From NCBI GenBank assembly GCA_030066315.1, contig JASJBW010000001.1, positions 1 to 51,289 of the forward strand: a stretch of 51,289 nt of DNA, given 5' to 3'. Positions 29,278-39,453 of this stretch are shown here, piece by piece. The notes beneath the pieces were generated by a model, which saw only the letters and a program-made list of their open reading frames with translations, did not search any database and was not told the origin of the DNA. Source of the DNA: Gammaproteobacteria bacterium. GTDB taxonomy: Bacteria > Pseudomonadota > Gammaproteobacteria > GCA-001735895. Position 1 is the first letter of the stretch, and the number at the start of each line of letters is the position of its first letter. The position numbers were made by a program, and so were the translations under genes.

Positions 29278-30207
29278 ATGAGAATTATTTACGCAGGCAC
29301 TCCGGATTTTGCCGTGCCTGCCTTGGAAGCCCTGGTTGCAAGTAAGCATCAGGTTATTGCCGTTTATACACAACCAGATCGAGCCGCCGGTCGCGGTCAA
29401 AAGATTCAGTATAGTCCGGTTAAGGCCTGTGCCTTAAAACATGGGCTTGAGATATTTCAACCACTTTCATTTAAAGATCGAGATGCTGTCCAAACACTGA
29501 AGGCACTGAATGCTGACCTGATGGTGGTCGCAGCCTATGGCATTATTTTGCCAGCCCCTGTTCTCAGTGCCCCGCGCCTTGGTTGTATTAATATTCACGC
29601 TTCTTTGTTGCCCCGGTGGCGTGGCGCTGCGCCTATCCAAAGAGCTATTCAGTTTGGCGATAGCGAAACCGGAATTACCTTGATGCAAATGGATACAGGC
29701 CTCGATACCGGCGCCATGCTGGCGAAATCCATTATGCCCATAAGTCCGCATCATACATCGGCACAGGTCCATGATGAACTCAAGGAAATGGGGGCAGAGC
29801 TTTTATTGCAAAATCTGAGTGCAGTAGAAAACGGAGATATTTCACCAGAAACTCAAAAAGAAGAGATGGCAACCTATGCTAACAAGTTACATAAACAGGA
29901 AGCATTAATCGACTGGTCTAAAGATGCAGTGATCCTGCAGCGTGAAGTCCAGGCCTTCAACCCCTGGCCAGTAAGCCATACCTGCTTACAGAAACAGAGC
30001 GTTAAAATCTGGTCAGCTACCGCAGAGGCACGGTTATCTGAATTTGACCCCGGGTACGTTATTGACCACCAGCGACAGGGCATCAGCGTAGCCTGTGGAA
30101 GTGGTACGCTGGTCATCACCGAATTGCAATTTGCAGGCAAGAAAAAAACAACAGCTGCTCAGATACTTAACTCTCGAAATCTTGCTGAGGAAAACTTTGG
30201 CTGTTAA
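29278..30207 (+). CDS. fmt: Methionyl-tRNA formyltransferase
   Basis: 309 aa. 'INIHASLLPRWRGAAPIQRAI'. Follows def. Confidence 0.97.
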   Translation: MRIIYAGTPDFAVPALEALVASKHQVIAVYTQPDRAAGRGQKIQYSPVKACALKHGLEIFQPLSFKDRDAVQTLKALNADLMVVAAYGIILPAPVLSAPRLGCINIHASLLPRWRGAAPIQRAIQFGDSETGITLMQMDTGLDTGAMLAKSIMPISPHHTSAQVHDELKEMGAELLLQNLSAVENGDISPETQKEEMATYANKLHKQEALIDWSKDAVILQREVQAFNPWPVSHTCLQKQSVKIWSATAEARLSEFDPGYVIDHQRQGISVACGSGTLVITELQFAGKKKTTAAQILNSRNLAEENFGC

Positions 30208-31525
30208 CCCCCAGCCTACTGCAAGACAGCTTGCATTAAGACTGTGTCTAAAGGTCGTATACCAGGGACAGTCCCTGAGTTCTCTAATGGAGCAGGAACT
30301 GATCACGCTTAACAATGAACGCGACCGGGCATTTTGTAGCGAACTTTGTTATGGCGTCTGTCGTTTTTTTTTCATATTGAAATCACGCATAAATCAGCGC
30401 TTAAAAAAACCATTAAGAAGCAAAGATCGTGATGTTGAAATGATTTTGTTGCTGGGTTTGTACCAGCTCCTACTCATGCGGGTGGATGATCATGCGGCAG
30501 TCAATGAAAGTGTTAAGCTGTTATCCATAATTCGAAAACACTGGGCCAAAGGATTAGTCAATGGGGTTTTACGTGCGATTAACAGAGAGTTGTCTGAGGA
30601 AAACGAGAGTGAAGCTTTTCAATGGTCCGACCAGGAGCATGAACAGGCTTACCCCAGCTGGATGGTTAAACTCATAAAACGGGATTGGCCAGATTCGGCC
30701 GGGCCTGTGTTTATAGCGGGCAATCAACAGGCACCCATGGTGTTACGTCTCAATACAGCAGACATTGATCCTCAACACTACTTACAAGAATTACAGGGAG
30801 CAGGTATCCAGGCACGACTGCATGATCATGTTCCTGGTGCACTCGTATTAAACAATCCTCAATCTGTGTATCGATTGCCTGGTTTTGAGCAGGGCCGAGT
30901 CAGTGTGCAGGATGCGGCAGCACAATTAGCAGCAGGACTGTTGCACAGCCAACCGGGAATGCAGGTACTGGATGCTTGTGCTGCACCCGGAGGTAAAACC
31001 ATGCATATCATGCAGTCTACAAAAGGATTGGATGTGACGGCAATCGACAAAGATCAGTTTCGACTGGATAGGGTGAAACAGAATTTGCAAAGGGCGGGAT
31101 TAAAAGCAACATTGATCGTAGCAGATGCTGCGCAACCCTCTACATGGTTTAAGGGTATTCCATTTGATCGAATTTTGTTGGATGCGCCCTGTTCCGCCAG
31201 CGGTATTATCCGGCGTCATCCTGATATACGATTACTGCGTCGAGAAACTGATATAGCAGGTCTGGTGCAACAGCAACATCAGCTACTGATAGGGCTTTGG
31301 CCTTTGCTTAAAACGGGAGGACGCCTGGTTTACAGTACCTGTTCGATATTTAAGGATGAAAATGAGCGACAGGTTTTAAAGTTTATTGATATGCAGACTA
31401 ATTGTAGGGAAGTTGAAATAAAGTCAGTACAATGGGGTCTAAAAAGACCAGTCGGACGACAAATTTTACCCGGATTTAATGATATGGATGGGTTTTATTA
31501 TGCGTGCCTCGAGAAAACAGCCTAA
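30197..31525 (+). CDS. rsmB: 16S rRNA (cytosine967-C5)-methyltransferase
   Basis: NusB-like N-terminus, 'DACAAPGGKT', 'DAPCSASG', 'YSTCS'. The track ORF opens at 30095 inside fmt. Homology to RsmB begins near 'AVNPQPTARQLAL', so I place the start at TTG 30197, overlapping the fmt stop. The start is uncertain. Confidence 0.9.
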   Translation: MAVNPQPTARQLALRLCLKVVYQGQSLSSLMEQELITLNNERDRAFCSELCYGVCRFFFILKSRINQRLKKPLRSKDRDVEMILLLGLYQLLLMRVDDHAAVNESVKLLSIIRKHWAKGLVNGVLRAINRELSEENESEAFQWSDQEHEQAYPSWMVKLIKRDWPDSAGPVFIAGNQQAPMVLRLNTADIDPQHYLQELQGAGIQARLHDHVPGALVLNNPQSVYRLPGFEQGRVSVQDAAAQLAAGLLHSQPGMQVLDACAAPGGKTMHIMQSTKGLDVTAIDKDQFRLDRVKQNLQRAGLKATLIVADAAQPSTWFKGIPFDRILLDAPCSASGIIRRHPDIRLLRRETDIAGLVQQQHQLLIGLWPLLKTGGRLVYSTCSIFKDENERQVLKFIDMQTNCREVEIKSVQWGLKRPVGRQILPGFNDMDGFYYACLEKTA

Positions 31526-31531
31526 GAATCT

Positions 31532-32107
31532 ATGCCGCTTACGAAAAAGATAAGAGTCCTAATATACTGCTTTTTTATTGGATTAATATTCACAAAACCG
31601 GTGGTCGCACAGACTGGGCCTGCATTCCAGATTGAATCAACCAACTCGCGTTTAAATGATTCGGTCTATTTCCTCAATTCGGTATTCAAGATACAGTTAC
31701 CCGACTATATCTTAAACGCAGTAGATCAGGGGTTTGAGTTACCTCTGGCCCTTGAGATTGAAGTTTATGAACGTCGGCGCCTGTGGTTTGATTCACGGGT
31801 AGTCTATATCAAACAACAATACGTGGTGCATTATCACTCTTTGTTAGATGCCTATTCCATATTTGATGTTAATGCTGGGCAGCGCATGTATTTTAACAAT
31901 ATGAGTGAAGTGAATTCGAAGTTATCCGTATTACTGAATTTTCCCATGCTAGATAATAATAATCTTGTCCGGGAAGCTGCCTATCGAGCCCGATTACGCT
32001 TTGGAATTGATGCCAGTGAGCTTCCTACGCCTTTAAAGTCATCTTCACTTTGGAAAAATAATTGGGACATAAAAAGTGATTGGTATGAGTGGAACTTGAA
32101 TCCATGA
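31532..32107 (+). CDS. DUF4390-like secreted protein
   Basis: 191 aa with a signal peptide. Occupies the rsmB / NtrY-like kinase junction, where DUF4390 proteins occur in beta- and gammaproteobacteria (from memory). No motif-level proof. Confidence 0.55.
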   Translation: MPLTKKIRVLIYCFFIGLIFTKPVVAQTGPAFQIESTNSRLNDSVYFLNSVFKIQLPDYILNAVDQGFELPLALEIEVYERRRLWFDSRVVYIKQQYVVHYHSLLDAYSIFDVNAGQRMYFNNMSEVNSKLSVLLNFPMLDNNNLVREAAYRARLRFGIDASELPTPLKSSSLWKNNWDIKSDWYEWNLNP

Positions 32108-34266
32108 ATCGCGCGCTGCGTAATTCTGCCCCTATCTTTGCATTATTGATTTTGCTGCTGGTTTCATTGTACTCCATCAGTGATGCCACATCGAACTCGG
32201 CCACTTTTGGGAAGTATTACACCTGGTTGGTATTTTTTAATGCCATTGGTTTGATCGTTTTAATTGGTCTGATTATTTACAATGTCTACAAGTTAATAGT
32301 GCAGTATCGCCTGAAGGCCGTCGGTTCGCGCCTAACATCTCGAATGATTGGCGTCTTTGTTATTCTGACCATTATTCCTGTGAGTATTGTCTATTATTTT
32401 TCCTTGACCTTCCTGCACCGCAGCATTGATAGCTGGTTTGATGTTGGGGTAGAGCAAGCCCTGGAAGATTCGCTACAACTGGGACGAAGTTCCCTTGATT
32501 TGCGAAAGCGTGAGGCTTTAAAGAAAACCCGTCTTATCGCCGATGAAATTCCTACGGTGCCAGCAGAACTTCTGGTGGTCTATCTGAATGACGCCCGCAT
32601 ACAGTATTCAGCCAATGAATTAACCCTTGTGGGCGCCAGTGGTGTCATTCTAGGCTCGAGTAGCGAAAACTCTACGGAGTTACCTGTGGCACTAGCCAGT
32701 ACTGAATATGGGGAATTAGCCGAAACTGATCATTATCTTAAACTGGAACAGGATCCCGATCTCGGGTTACAGATTCGTGTGGTAGTTCCGGTCTCGGGAT
32801 TCTCCGCCATTGAAAAAAATAAAACCCTGCAAAGTTTGTTTCCCATTACGGATCAGGTGAATGAATTGACCCAGGCTGTGCAACAGGCGAATGAAAAATA
32901 CAGTGAACTTTCGGTATTACGGGGGCCTCTGAAAACCAGTTTTACCCTGGCACTATCGTTGGTCTGGTTGTTGAGTGTGTTATCCGCAATCCTAATCGCA
33001 TTTTTATCTGCCCGACGCTTGGTATCTCCGATCAATAACCTGGTTGAGGCGACTCAGGCAGTTGCCGCGGGTGATTACGAAAGACAACTGGAGGTTTCCG
33101 GTGATGATGAACTGGATTTTCTGACACGCTCTTTCAATACCATGATGCGTAAGATTTCTCGTGCACGGGCAATTGCCGACCAGAGTCAGTTAATGGAAGC
33201 CTTGCAAAAAAACTATCTGGGTTCCGTGCTAGAGCATATCAACTCAGGTGTATTAACCATTGACGAAAATGGATTGATCAAGCGTGGCAATCGGGCAGCT
33301 GAAATGATTTTCGGTCTTGATCCGAATTGTTTCTCTGATCAGCCCATTGGGCAGGTGGTCACGCGTTACCCGCAGCTGGAATCTTTTTTTGAGGTCATCA
33401 AACAACAGATCAAACAAAATCAGGAGTGGCAGGAAGAGGTTACCGTATTTACCCCCAATGGTCGCAAGATTCTTCGTGTGCGCGGTACTGAATTGGAAAA
33501 TAGTTACCAGGATACCCGCGAACATGTCCTGGTAATCGATGACCTTACGGAGTTGATCCAGGCACAAAAAGATTCTGCCTGGAGCGAGATGGCGCGTCGA
33601 CTGGCACATGAGATAAAAAACCCGTTAACCCCCATTCAATTATCGGCTGAAAGATTACAACGTAAACTGGCCGGGCAAATGGATAATGAACGCCAGGACA
33701 TGCTTGATCGTTATACCCATACTATTGTACAGCAGGTTGAAGCCATGAAATCCATGGTAAATACATTCACTGATTATGCACGGGCACCCAGTCAGCATAT
33801 GGAAGCGGTGAATCTGAATTCCATGCTCAAGGAAGTTATGGAGTTATATCGCGATAACCATCGCCAAGTAGACATCGAGTTTTCATTGGATGAATGTATT
33901 CAACCCATACAAGCGGATGCGGTACGCCTCAGGCAGTTAATTCATAACCTGGTCAAAAATGCTATTGAGGCTGTTCATGATGAGGGGTGGCTCCGCGTTT
34001 GCACTCGATGTGTGCAGGAATACGGCAATGATTATGTTGAGATGTCCTTTTTGGATAGTGGTCATGGCATCGATGAAGACATTATTGATAATCTTTTTGA
34101 TCCTTATGTCACTTCCAAAAGTTCAGGCAGTGGTTTGGGATTAGCCATTGTTAAAAAGATCGTTGAAGAACACGGTGGCCGGGTATGGGCTGAAAATGAA
34201 GCTGAAGGCGGGGCTAAGATTACATTAAGACTACCTGCTTTAGTCGATAAGAATCACGCGGAATAA
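32104..34266 (+). CDS. NtrY-like sensor histidine kinase (TM-HAMP-PAS-HisKA-HATPase)
   Basis: Start chosen at ATG 32104 (ATGA overlap with the upstream stop). The track uses 32089. HAMP 'VSPINNLVEATQAVAAGDY'. PAS domain. H-box 'LAHEIKNPLTPI'. 'GSGLGLAIV'. Confidence 0.9.
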   Translation: MNRALRNSAPIFALLILLLVSLYSISDATSNSATFGKYYTWLVFFNAIGLIVLIGLIIYNVYKLIVQYRLKAVGSRLTSRMIGVFVILTIIPVSIVYYFSLTFLHRSIDSWFDVGVEQALEDSLQLGRSSLDLRKREALKKTRLIADEIPTVPAELLVVYLNDARIQYSANELTLVGASGVILGSSSENSTELPVALASTEYGELAETDHYLKLEQDPDLGLQIRVVVPVSGFSAIEKNKTLQSLFPITDQVNELTQAVQQANEKYSELSVLRGPLKTSFTLALSLVWLLSVLSAILIAFLSARRLVSPINNLVEATQAVAAGDYERQLEVSGDDELDFLTRSFNTMMRKISRARAIADQSQLMEALQKNYLGSVLEHINSGVLTIDENGLIKRGNRAAEMIFGLDPNCFSDQPIGQVVTRYPQLESFFEVIKQQIKQNQEWQEEVTVFTPNGRKILRVRGTELENSYQDTREHVLVIDDLTELIQAQKDSAWSEMARRLAHEIKNPLTPIQLSAERLQRKLAGQMDNERQDMLDRYTHTIVQQVEAMKSMVNTFTDYARAPSQHMEAVNLNSMLKEVMELYRDNHRQVDIEFSLDECIQPIQADAVRLRQLIHNLVKNAIEAVHDEGWLRVCTRCVQEYGNDYVEMSFLDSGHGIDEDIIDNLFDPYVTSKSSGSGLGLAIVKKIVEEHGGRVWAENEAEGGAKITLRLPALVDKNHAE

Positions 34267-34274
34267 ATGAACCA

Positions 34275-35537
34275 ATGAATACCAAAATATTAGTAGTGGA
34301 TGATGAACCGGATATTCGTTCCTTGTTAAAGGATATATTAGAGGACGAGGGTTATGATGTGGATCTCGCCGAGAATGCACATCAGGCCAATCTGCGTAAA
34401 TCAGAGTTTGCCCCCGATCTTGTTTTACTGGATATCTGGATGCCGGAAATGGATGGAGTGAGCCTGTTAAAACAATGGAGTGAAAAAAACGAGTTAACCA
34501 GTCCGGTGGTTATGATGTCTGGTCATGGTACTGTTGAGACTGCGGTAGAGGCCACACGCTTTGGTGCTTTTGATTTCGTCGAAAAACCCCTGTCGATGGC
34601 CAAGTTATTGCACACGGTTAAAAACGCGTTGGCCAATGTGGAAACCGATCAGCAGGAAGTGACTCAAAACCTGGAAATGCCGGTAGGAAACAGCCAGTTA
34701 ATGCAAAAACTACGGCAGTCCATGCAAGAGATGGCAGGTAATCTTAAGCCAGTGTTCCTGCACGGAAAAGCTCCTGTTGAACTGGTCATCTGGGCCAATT
34801 ATCTGACCTCATTACAACCCGCACATGTATTATTGAAGACCGGGCTTGATGATTTACCAGAATATCAGCAGGCGCTGGATCATAATGTGCTGGTGCCTGA
34901 GGTGACTGACCTCAGTGTTGATCAACAACGTTTATTATTAATGTTATTACAGCGTTCCGCTTTACCGGGTAGCCGGGGTCGATTGATCGTGGCCAGTCAG
35001 TACGACCATGAGAGTCTACAGGGGAAAAATGACATCCTTCCTGAGCTGGCTGAATTCTGGCGTAATGCCCTGTTAATCCCTTCACTCAATGATCGTATTG
35101 AAGATATTCCCGAATTGCTTGAATATTATGTGACTTGGTTCAGTGAGCATGAGTCTTTACCTTATCGCCATTTTGGGGTGGCGGCGCAGAATATGATCCG
35201 TAATTACCATTGGCACGGAGGAATCATTCAGCTCAAACAGGTGATCCGACAAATACTGACCTATAGTGATAACAATGAGGTTGATCTTGCGGAGATCCAG
35301 TCAATTTTGCCCCAACATCAAAGAGCGGAATCGCTGGAAAGTGGAGATAAAATGCAAATCGCCGTCGACCTTAACATGGATATGCGTGAAGCCCGCGAGT
35401 TTTTTGAGCGTCAATATCTGCAAAAACAACTAGAACTTTGTGGTTACAATGTGGCTGAACTGGCACGTAAAATAGGTCAGGAAAGGACTAATTTATATCG
35501 TAAATTGAAAGTCTTAGGCTTGCAAACCAGGAAATAA
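34275..35537 (+). CDS. NtrX-like response regulator: receiver + degenerate AAA+ region + Fis-type HTH
   Basis: 420 aa. 'ILVVDDEPDIR' and 'LLDIWMPEMDG'. C-terminal 'GYNVAELARKIGQERTNLYRKLKVLGL'. The central region has 'FLHGKAPVELV' where a Walker A is expected, and no GAFTGA. Confidence 0.85.
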   Translation: MNTKILVVDDEPDIRSLLKDILEDEGYDVDLAENAHQANLRKSEFAPDLVLLDIWMPEMDGVSLLKQWSEKNELTSPVVMMSGHGTVETAVEATRFGAFDFVEKPLSMAKLLHTVKNALANVETDQQEVTQNLEMPVGNSQLMQKLRQSMQEMAGNLKPVFLHGKAPVELVIWANYLTSLQPAHVLLKTGLDDLPEYQQALDHNVLVPEVTDLSVDQQRLLLMLLQRSALPGSRGRLIVASQYDHESLQGKNDILPELAEFWRNALLIPSLNDRIEDIPELLEYYVTWFSEHESLPYRHFGVAAQNMIRNYHWHGGIIQLKQVIRQILTYSDNNEVDLAEIQSILPQHQRAESLESGDKMQIAVDLNMDMREAREFFERQYLQKQLELCGYNVAELARKIGQERTNLYRKLKVLGLQTRK

Positions 35538-35539
35538 AA

Positions 35540-36916
35540 ATGAATATCATCATTCTGGGTGCCGGTCAGGTCGGTTCCTCGGTGGCCTCGGAGTTAGCCA
35601 AGGAAGAAAGTAACGAGATAACCGTAATCGATGTCGATCAGGCCATTCTCTCGGAATTACAGGACCGTCTTGATCTGCGTACCATAAATGGTAATGGGTC
35701 CTATCCTTCGGTACTAGAAAATGCCGGCGCTGATGATGCCGATATGCTCATTGCACTCACGAATAGCGATGAGATCAATATGGTAGCTTGTCAGATTGCC
35801 GCCACGCTGTTTCATACGCCTACTAAAATTGCCCGTATTCGTTCTCAGGAATACATGCAAAAAACACAGTTATTTGGACAGGATTCAATACCGGTAGATG
35901 TGACTATAAGCCCGGAAAATCTGGTTACGGAATATATTCATCACCTTATTGAACATCCGAGTGCTCTACAGGTACTTGATTTCGCAGGGGGTAAGGTTCA
36001 GCTGGTGGCGGTCAAAGCTTATGATAATGGTCCCTTGGTCGGCCATGCGTTGAAAACGATACGTAAACATATCCCCGGTGTGGATATGCGGGTGGCGGCA
36101 ATTTTTCGTCAGGGCCAATCCATATTACCATCCGCTGAGCAGGTCATTGAGGTTGATGACGAGGTGTTTTTCGTTGCCGCGCGCAAACATATACCTACCG
36201 TAATCGCAGAAATGCGTAAGCTCGATAAACCCATTAAACGCGTGATGCTGGCGGGTGGCGGTAACATTGGTGGCCAATTGGCTTCGTTACTGGAGCGGCA
36301 TGTTCAGGTTAAGGTTATTGAAACTGATAAGAAGCGAGCCAAATATTTATCGGGTGTTTTACATTCTTCAATCGTTTTGCATGGTGATGCTGCAGACCCC
36401 GATTTGTTGCTGGAAGAAAATATCGAAGCCATGGACGTATTTTGTGCCCTTACCAATGATGATGAGGCCAATATATTATCGGCAATGCTGGCGAAACGCC
36501 TGGGCGCGAGAAAAGTGATGTCTCTGATCAATCGTCCTGCTTACGTTGACCTGGTGGAAAGTGGCATGATTGATATTGCGTTATCTCCCCACCAGGTGAC
36601 GATAGGTGCAATGCTGGCTCATATACGTCGAGGTGATGTCGTCGCTGTCCATGCTTTACGTAGAGGATCAGCTGAAGCCATTGAGGCTATTGCTCATGGA
36701 GATCGCACCTCCTCAAAAGTGGTAGGACGACGCATAGATGAGCTAAAATTACCCAAGGGTACAACAATAGGTGCCATAGTCAGGGGCGATGATGTGATCA
36801 TTGCTCATCATGATACGGTTGTTGAATCAGAAGATCACGTTATACTGTTTTTGACTGATAAACGAGATATCGGGGATGTTGAAAAGTTGTTTCAGGTCGC
36901 CTTTACCTACATATAA
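35540..36916 (+). CDS. trkA: Trk potassium uptake system NAD-binding subunit
   Basis: 458 aa. Two RCK/Rossmann repeats, 'IILGAGQVGSSVA' and 'MLAGGGNIGGQLA'. Confidence 0.96.
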   Translation: MNIIILGAGQVGSSVASELAKEESNEITVIDVDQAILSELQDRLDLRTINGNGSYPSVLENAGADDADMLIALTNSDEINMVACQIAATLFHTPTKIARIRSQEYMQKTQLFGQDSIPVDVTISPENLVTEYIHHLIEHPSALQVLDFAGGKVQLVAVKAYDNGPLVGHALKTIRKHIPGVDMRVAAIFRQGQSILPSAEQVIEVDDEVFFVAARKHIPTVIAEMRKLDKPIKRVMLAGGGNIGGQLASLLERHVQVKVIETDKKRAKYLSGVLHSSIVLHGDAADPDLLLEENIEAMDVFCALTNDDEANILSAMLAKRLGARKVMSLINRPAYVDLVESGMIDIALSPHQVTIGAMLAHIRRGDVVAVHALRRGSAEAIEAIAHGDRTSSKVVGRRIDELKLPKGTTIGAIVRGDDVIIAHHDTVVESEDHVILFLTDKRDIGDVEKLFQVAFTYI

Positions 36917-36937
36917 AAATCGGGAACCTTTCAAGTA

Positions 36938-38389
36938 ATGCAATACCTGGTAATACTGAGGATACTTGGCCTTTTACTGATGGTGTTTAGTATCACCATG
37001 TTACCACCAGTCTTGGTAGACCTAATCTATCAAGAGAATTATAGCCTGCCATTCTTGGAGTCATTTGCAATCATTCTGGTCAGTGGCATGTTGTTGTTTT
37101 TGCCCTTAAGAAATTACTCAAATGACTTAAGATTACGAGATGGCTTCATGGTTGTGGTCATGTTCTGGTTTGTTCTGGGGAGTGCGGGTGGTATCCCCCT
37201 TTACCTTTCTGGTATCAATAATATATCGGTAACCGATGCAGTGTTTGAGGCAATTTCCGGATTGACAACAACCGGTGCCACCGTGATCGTAGGATTGGAT
37301 AACCTGCCACATTCCATTTTGTTTTATCGTCAGCAACAGCAATGGCTGGGGGGGATGGGTATTATTGTCTTAGCCGTGGCCGTGTTACCCATGCTGGGTA
37401 TAGGGGGTATGCAGCTATATCGTGCTGAAACTCCAGGGCCTGTTAAAGATACCAAGCTGACACCGCGCATCACTGAAACAGCCAAAGCACTTTGGTACAT
37501 TTATCTGGGCCTGACCATCAGTTGTGGGCTTGCCTACTGGCTGGCAGGAATGAATACTTTTGATGCAATTTCGCATGCCTTTTCTACAGTTGCTATCGGT
37601 GGATTCTCGACACATGATGCCAGCATGGGGTATTTTCAGAACCCTGGTATTGAGCTGATAGCCATTATTTTTATGTTGTTGTCAGGAGCGAACTTTGCCT
37701 TACATTTTGCTTCCTGGCGTCATAAAAGGCTCACACCTTATCTCCATGATACAGAGTTCAAAACCTATTTGATGGTCTTGTTCAGTGTCAGTGTCGTAAC
37801 CATTTCCTATCTATTGTTTACCAAGACCTTTGAGTCTACATCGGAAGGTATTATCGAGGGCTTGTTTCAGGTGGTATCCATTGGCACTACGACCGGTTTT
37901 ACCACCCAGGAATATTACACCTGGCCGGGATTTCTGCCGGTTTTACTGTTGTATATCAGTTTTATGGGGGGCTGTGCAGGCTCTACTGGAGGTGGTATCA
38001 AGGTCATCAGGATATTGTTACTGTTTAAACAGGGGGCCCGGGAATTGCGCCGTCTGGTGCATCCTTCTGGACAGTTTACCGTTAAAATTGGTAAGAAACC
38101 GGTGCCGGACAATGTCATTGAAGCTGTTTGGGGTTTTTTTGCCGCATATTTTGCGATTTCGGCTTTAATGATCCTGGTATTGATGGCATCCGGATTAAAC
38201 CAGGATACTGCGTTTTCGGCCGTGGCGGCCTGTTTAAATAACCTTGGGCCTGGCCTGGATCAGGTGGGGCAGAATTTTGCTTCGATCAATGACTTTGCCA
38301 AGTGGGTCTTATGCCTCGCCATGCTGCTTGGACGCCTGGAGATTTTTACGCTTTTGGTGCTGTTCACCCCCGGGTTCTGGCGTAAATAA
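36938..38389 (+). CDS. trkH: Trk potassium uptake system membrane subunit
   Basis: 483 aa, polytopic. Selectivity-filter-like 'TTTGAT', 'AIGGFS', 'GTTTGF', 'NLGPG' repeats. Confidence 0.95.
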   Translation: MQYLVILRILGLLLMVFSITMLPPVLVDLIYQENYSLPFLESFAIILVSGMLLFLPLRNYSNDLRLRDGFMVVVMFWFVLGSAGGIPLYLSGINNISVTDAVFEAISGLTTTGATVIVGLDNLPHSILFYRQQQQWLGGMGIIVLAVAVLPMLGIGGMQLYRAETPGPVKDTKLTPRITETAKALWYIYLGLTISCGLAYWLAGMNTFDAISHAFSTVAIGGFSTHDASMGYFQNPGIELIAIIFMLLSGANFALHFASWRHKRLTPYLHDTEFKTYLMVLFSVSVVTISYLLFTKTFESTSEGIIEGLFQVVSIGTTTGFTTQEYYTWPGFLPVLLLYISFMGGCAGSTGGGIKVIRILLLFKQGARELRRLVHPSGQFTVKIGKKPVPDNVIEAVWGFFAAYFAISALMILVLMASGLNQDTAFSAVAACLNNLGPGLDQVGQNFASINDFAKWVLCLAMLLGRLEIFTLLVLFTPGFWRK

Positions 38390-38410
38390 TTTAAAGTTTT
38401 TTCGGCGTGC

Positions 38411-39145
38411 CTAACCATTAAGATCCTCTCCACGCATCAAGGGTTTTAATGTTGAAATCAATGTCTTAAAGGTATGCGGATAATCACTTTCCTGGGTCGC
38501 GAGTAGGTTTTTCATTTGCACCCTCTGTGTGGGCTGGGCAAAACAAGCTGGGCAATTATCCGTGATGACGGGTAATTTTGCGGTAATGGCGAAATCCATG
38601 AGCTGCCGCTCGCGTGCAAAAACCAGGGGTCGAATGATTCTCAGATCTCCTTCATCATTGACATAATGGGCTTTCATGGTTTTTAAATGGCCACCGTGGA
38701 AGGCGGACATCAGGAAACTTTCTGCCAGATCATCGAGATGCTGTCCTAGCGCAATGACATTATAGTCGTGCTGCCGTGCTGTTTTATAGATCAGGCCTCT
38801 TCGCATGCGTGAACAAAAGGCACAAAAAGAATCCTTTTTCATATGCTTCTGAGCCAGATGTACCACGGGTTCACTCACGTAAAAATATTCGATACCCAAA
38901 TGTTTTAAATAGGCCTTTAAGGGTGAGGGATCAAAGTCATCGCTTTGTGGATCGATAGTCACTGCGCCCAGTTTAAATGCTATCGGTGCATGTTGCTGAA
39001 AATGGTACAGTATGTGCAAAAGGGATAGGGAATCCTTGCCACCACTGACAGCGACCAACAGTCGGTCATTCGCCTTTATCATGTCAAACTCGGCAATAGC
39101 CTTGCCGACAGGACGCAAGAGTTTTTTGGGTGGCTTGATAAACAT
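38411..39145 (-). CDS. ttcA: tRNA 2-thiocytidine(32) synthetase TtcA-family PP-loop ATPase
   Basis: 244 aa. PP-loop 'VAVSGGKDSLSLL'. Cys pairs 'CAFCSRMRR' and 'CPAC'. Confidence 0.85.
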   Translation of the reverse strand: MFIKPPKKLLRPVGKAIAEFDMIKANDRLLVAVSGGKDSLSLLHILYHFQQHAPIAFKLGAVTIDPQSDDFDPSPLKAYLKHLGIEYFYVSEPVVHLAQKHMKKDSFCAFCSRMRRGLIYKTARQHDYNVIALGQHLDDLAESFLMSAFHGGHLKTMKAHYVNDEGDLRIIRPLVFARERQLMDFAITAKLPVITDNCPACFAQPTQRVQMKNLLATQESDYPHTFKTLISTLKPLMRGEDLNG

Positions 39146-39223
39146 GGATCAGGACAGTCCAGGCATGCGAAAGGATGTAAAGTTGTGGAAATTTGTTTTT
39201 GGAAGTATGACTTTTAAGTGCGT

Positions 39224-39260
39224 AAAAAAAAAGCCTCAATCAATCCATGATTGAGGCTTT
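39224..39260 (-). terminator. Rho-independent terminator (minus strand)
   Basis: Perfect stem AAGCCTCAATC (39231-39241) / GATTGAGGCTT (39249-39259) with a 7-nt loop. On the minus strand it is followed by nine U residues (plus-strand A-run 39224-39232). Confidence 0.85.
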
Positions 39261-39375
39261 GATGAGCGTCCTGGCCCGTGATTGACTTAAAATACATCCT
39301 TGAGATAGTGCCTTCCTGATAAAGCAACCCTGCTTAAGCGGTTCATTTCCTTTTTCGGCTCTATCCTTAGAACGT
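39224..39375 (-). ncRNA. Candidate Csr/Rsm-family (CsrA-titrating) small RNA
   Basis: Minus strand, about 150 nt, with six GGA motifs (plus-strand TCC at 39244, 39269, 39297, 39314, 39348, 39364). Five are A-GGA, including CAAGGAUGU. One GGA sits in the terminator loop. A GacA-box lies upstream. The 5' end is not determinable and could lie anywhere from about 39372 to about 39430. Confidence 0.55.
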
Positions 39376-39453
39376 GGTAGTATGATCACATGAGCAAGAT
39401 AGGGTTTAAAGTGCCAATGCCCGATGTTAATGTCATCATAAGTCTCAAAAAAA

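Noticed and set aside
30095-30196. N-terminal extension of rsmB in the ORF track, overlapping fmt by about 110 nt.
   Set aside because: The extension has no similarity to RsmB N-termini. RsmB-like sequence starts near TTG 30197, at the fmt stop.
39405-39420. TGGCAC on the minus strand (sigma-54 -24-like element) upstream of the sRNA candidate.
   Set aside because: The nearest TTGC is 13 nt away instead of the required 5 nt, so there is no valid -24/-12 promoter.
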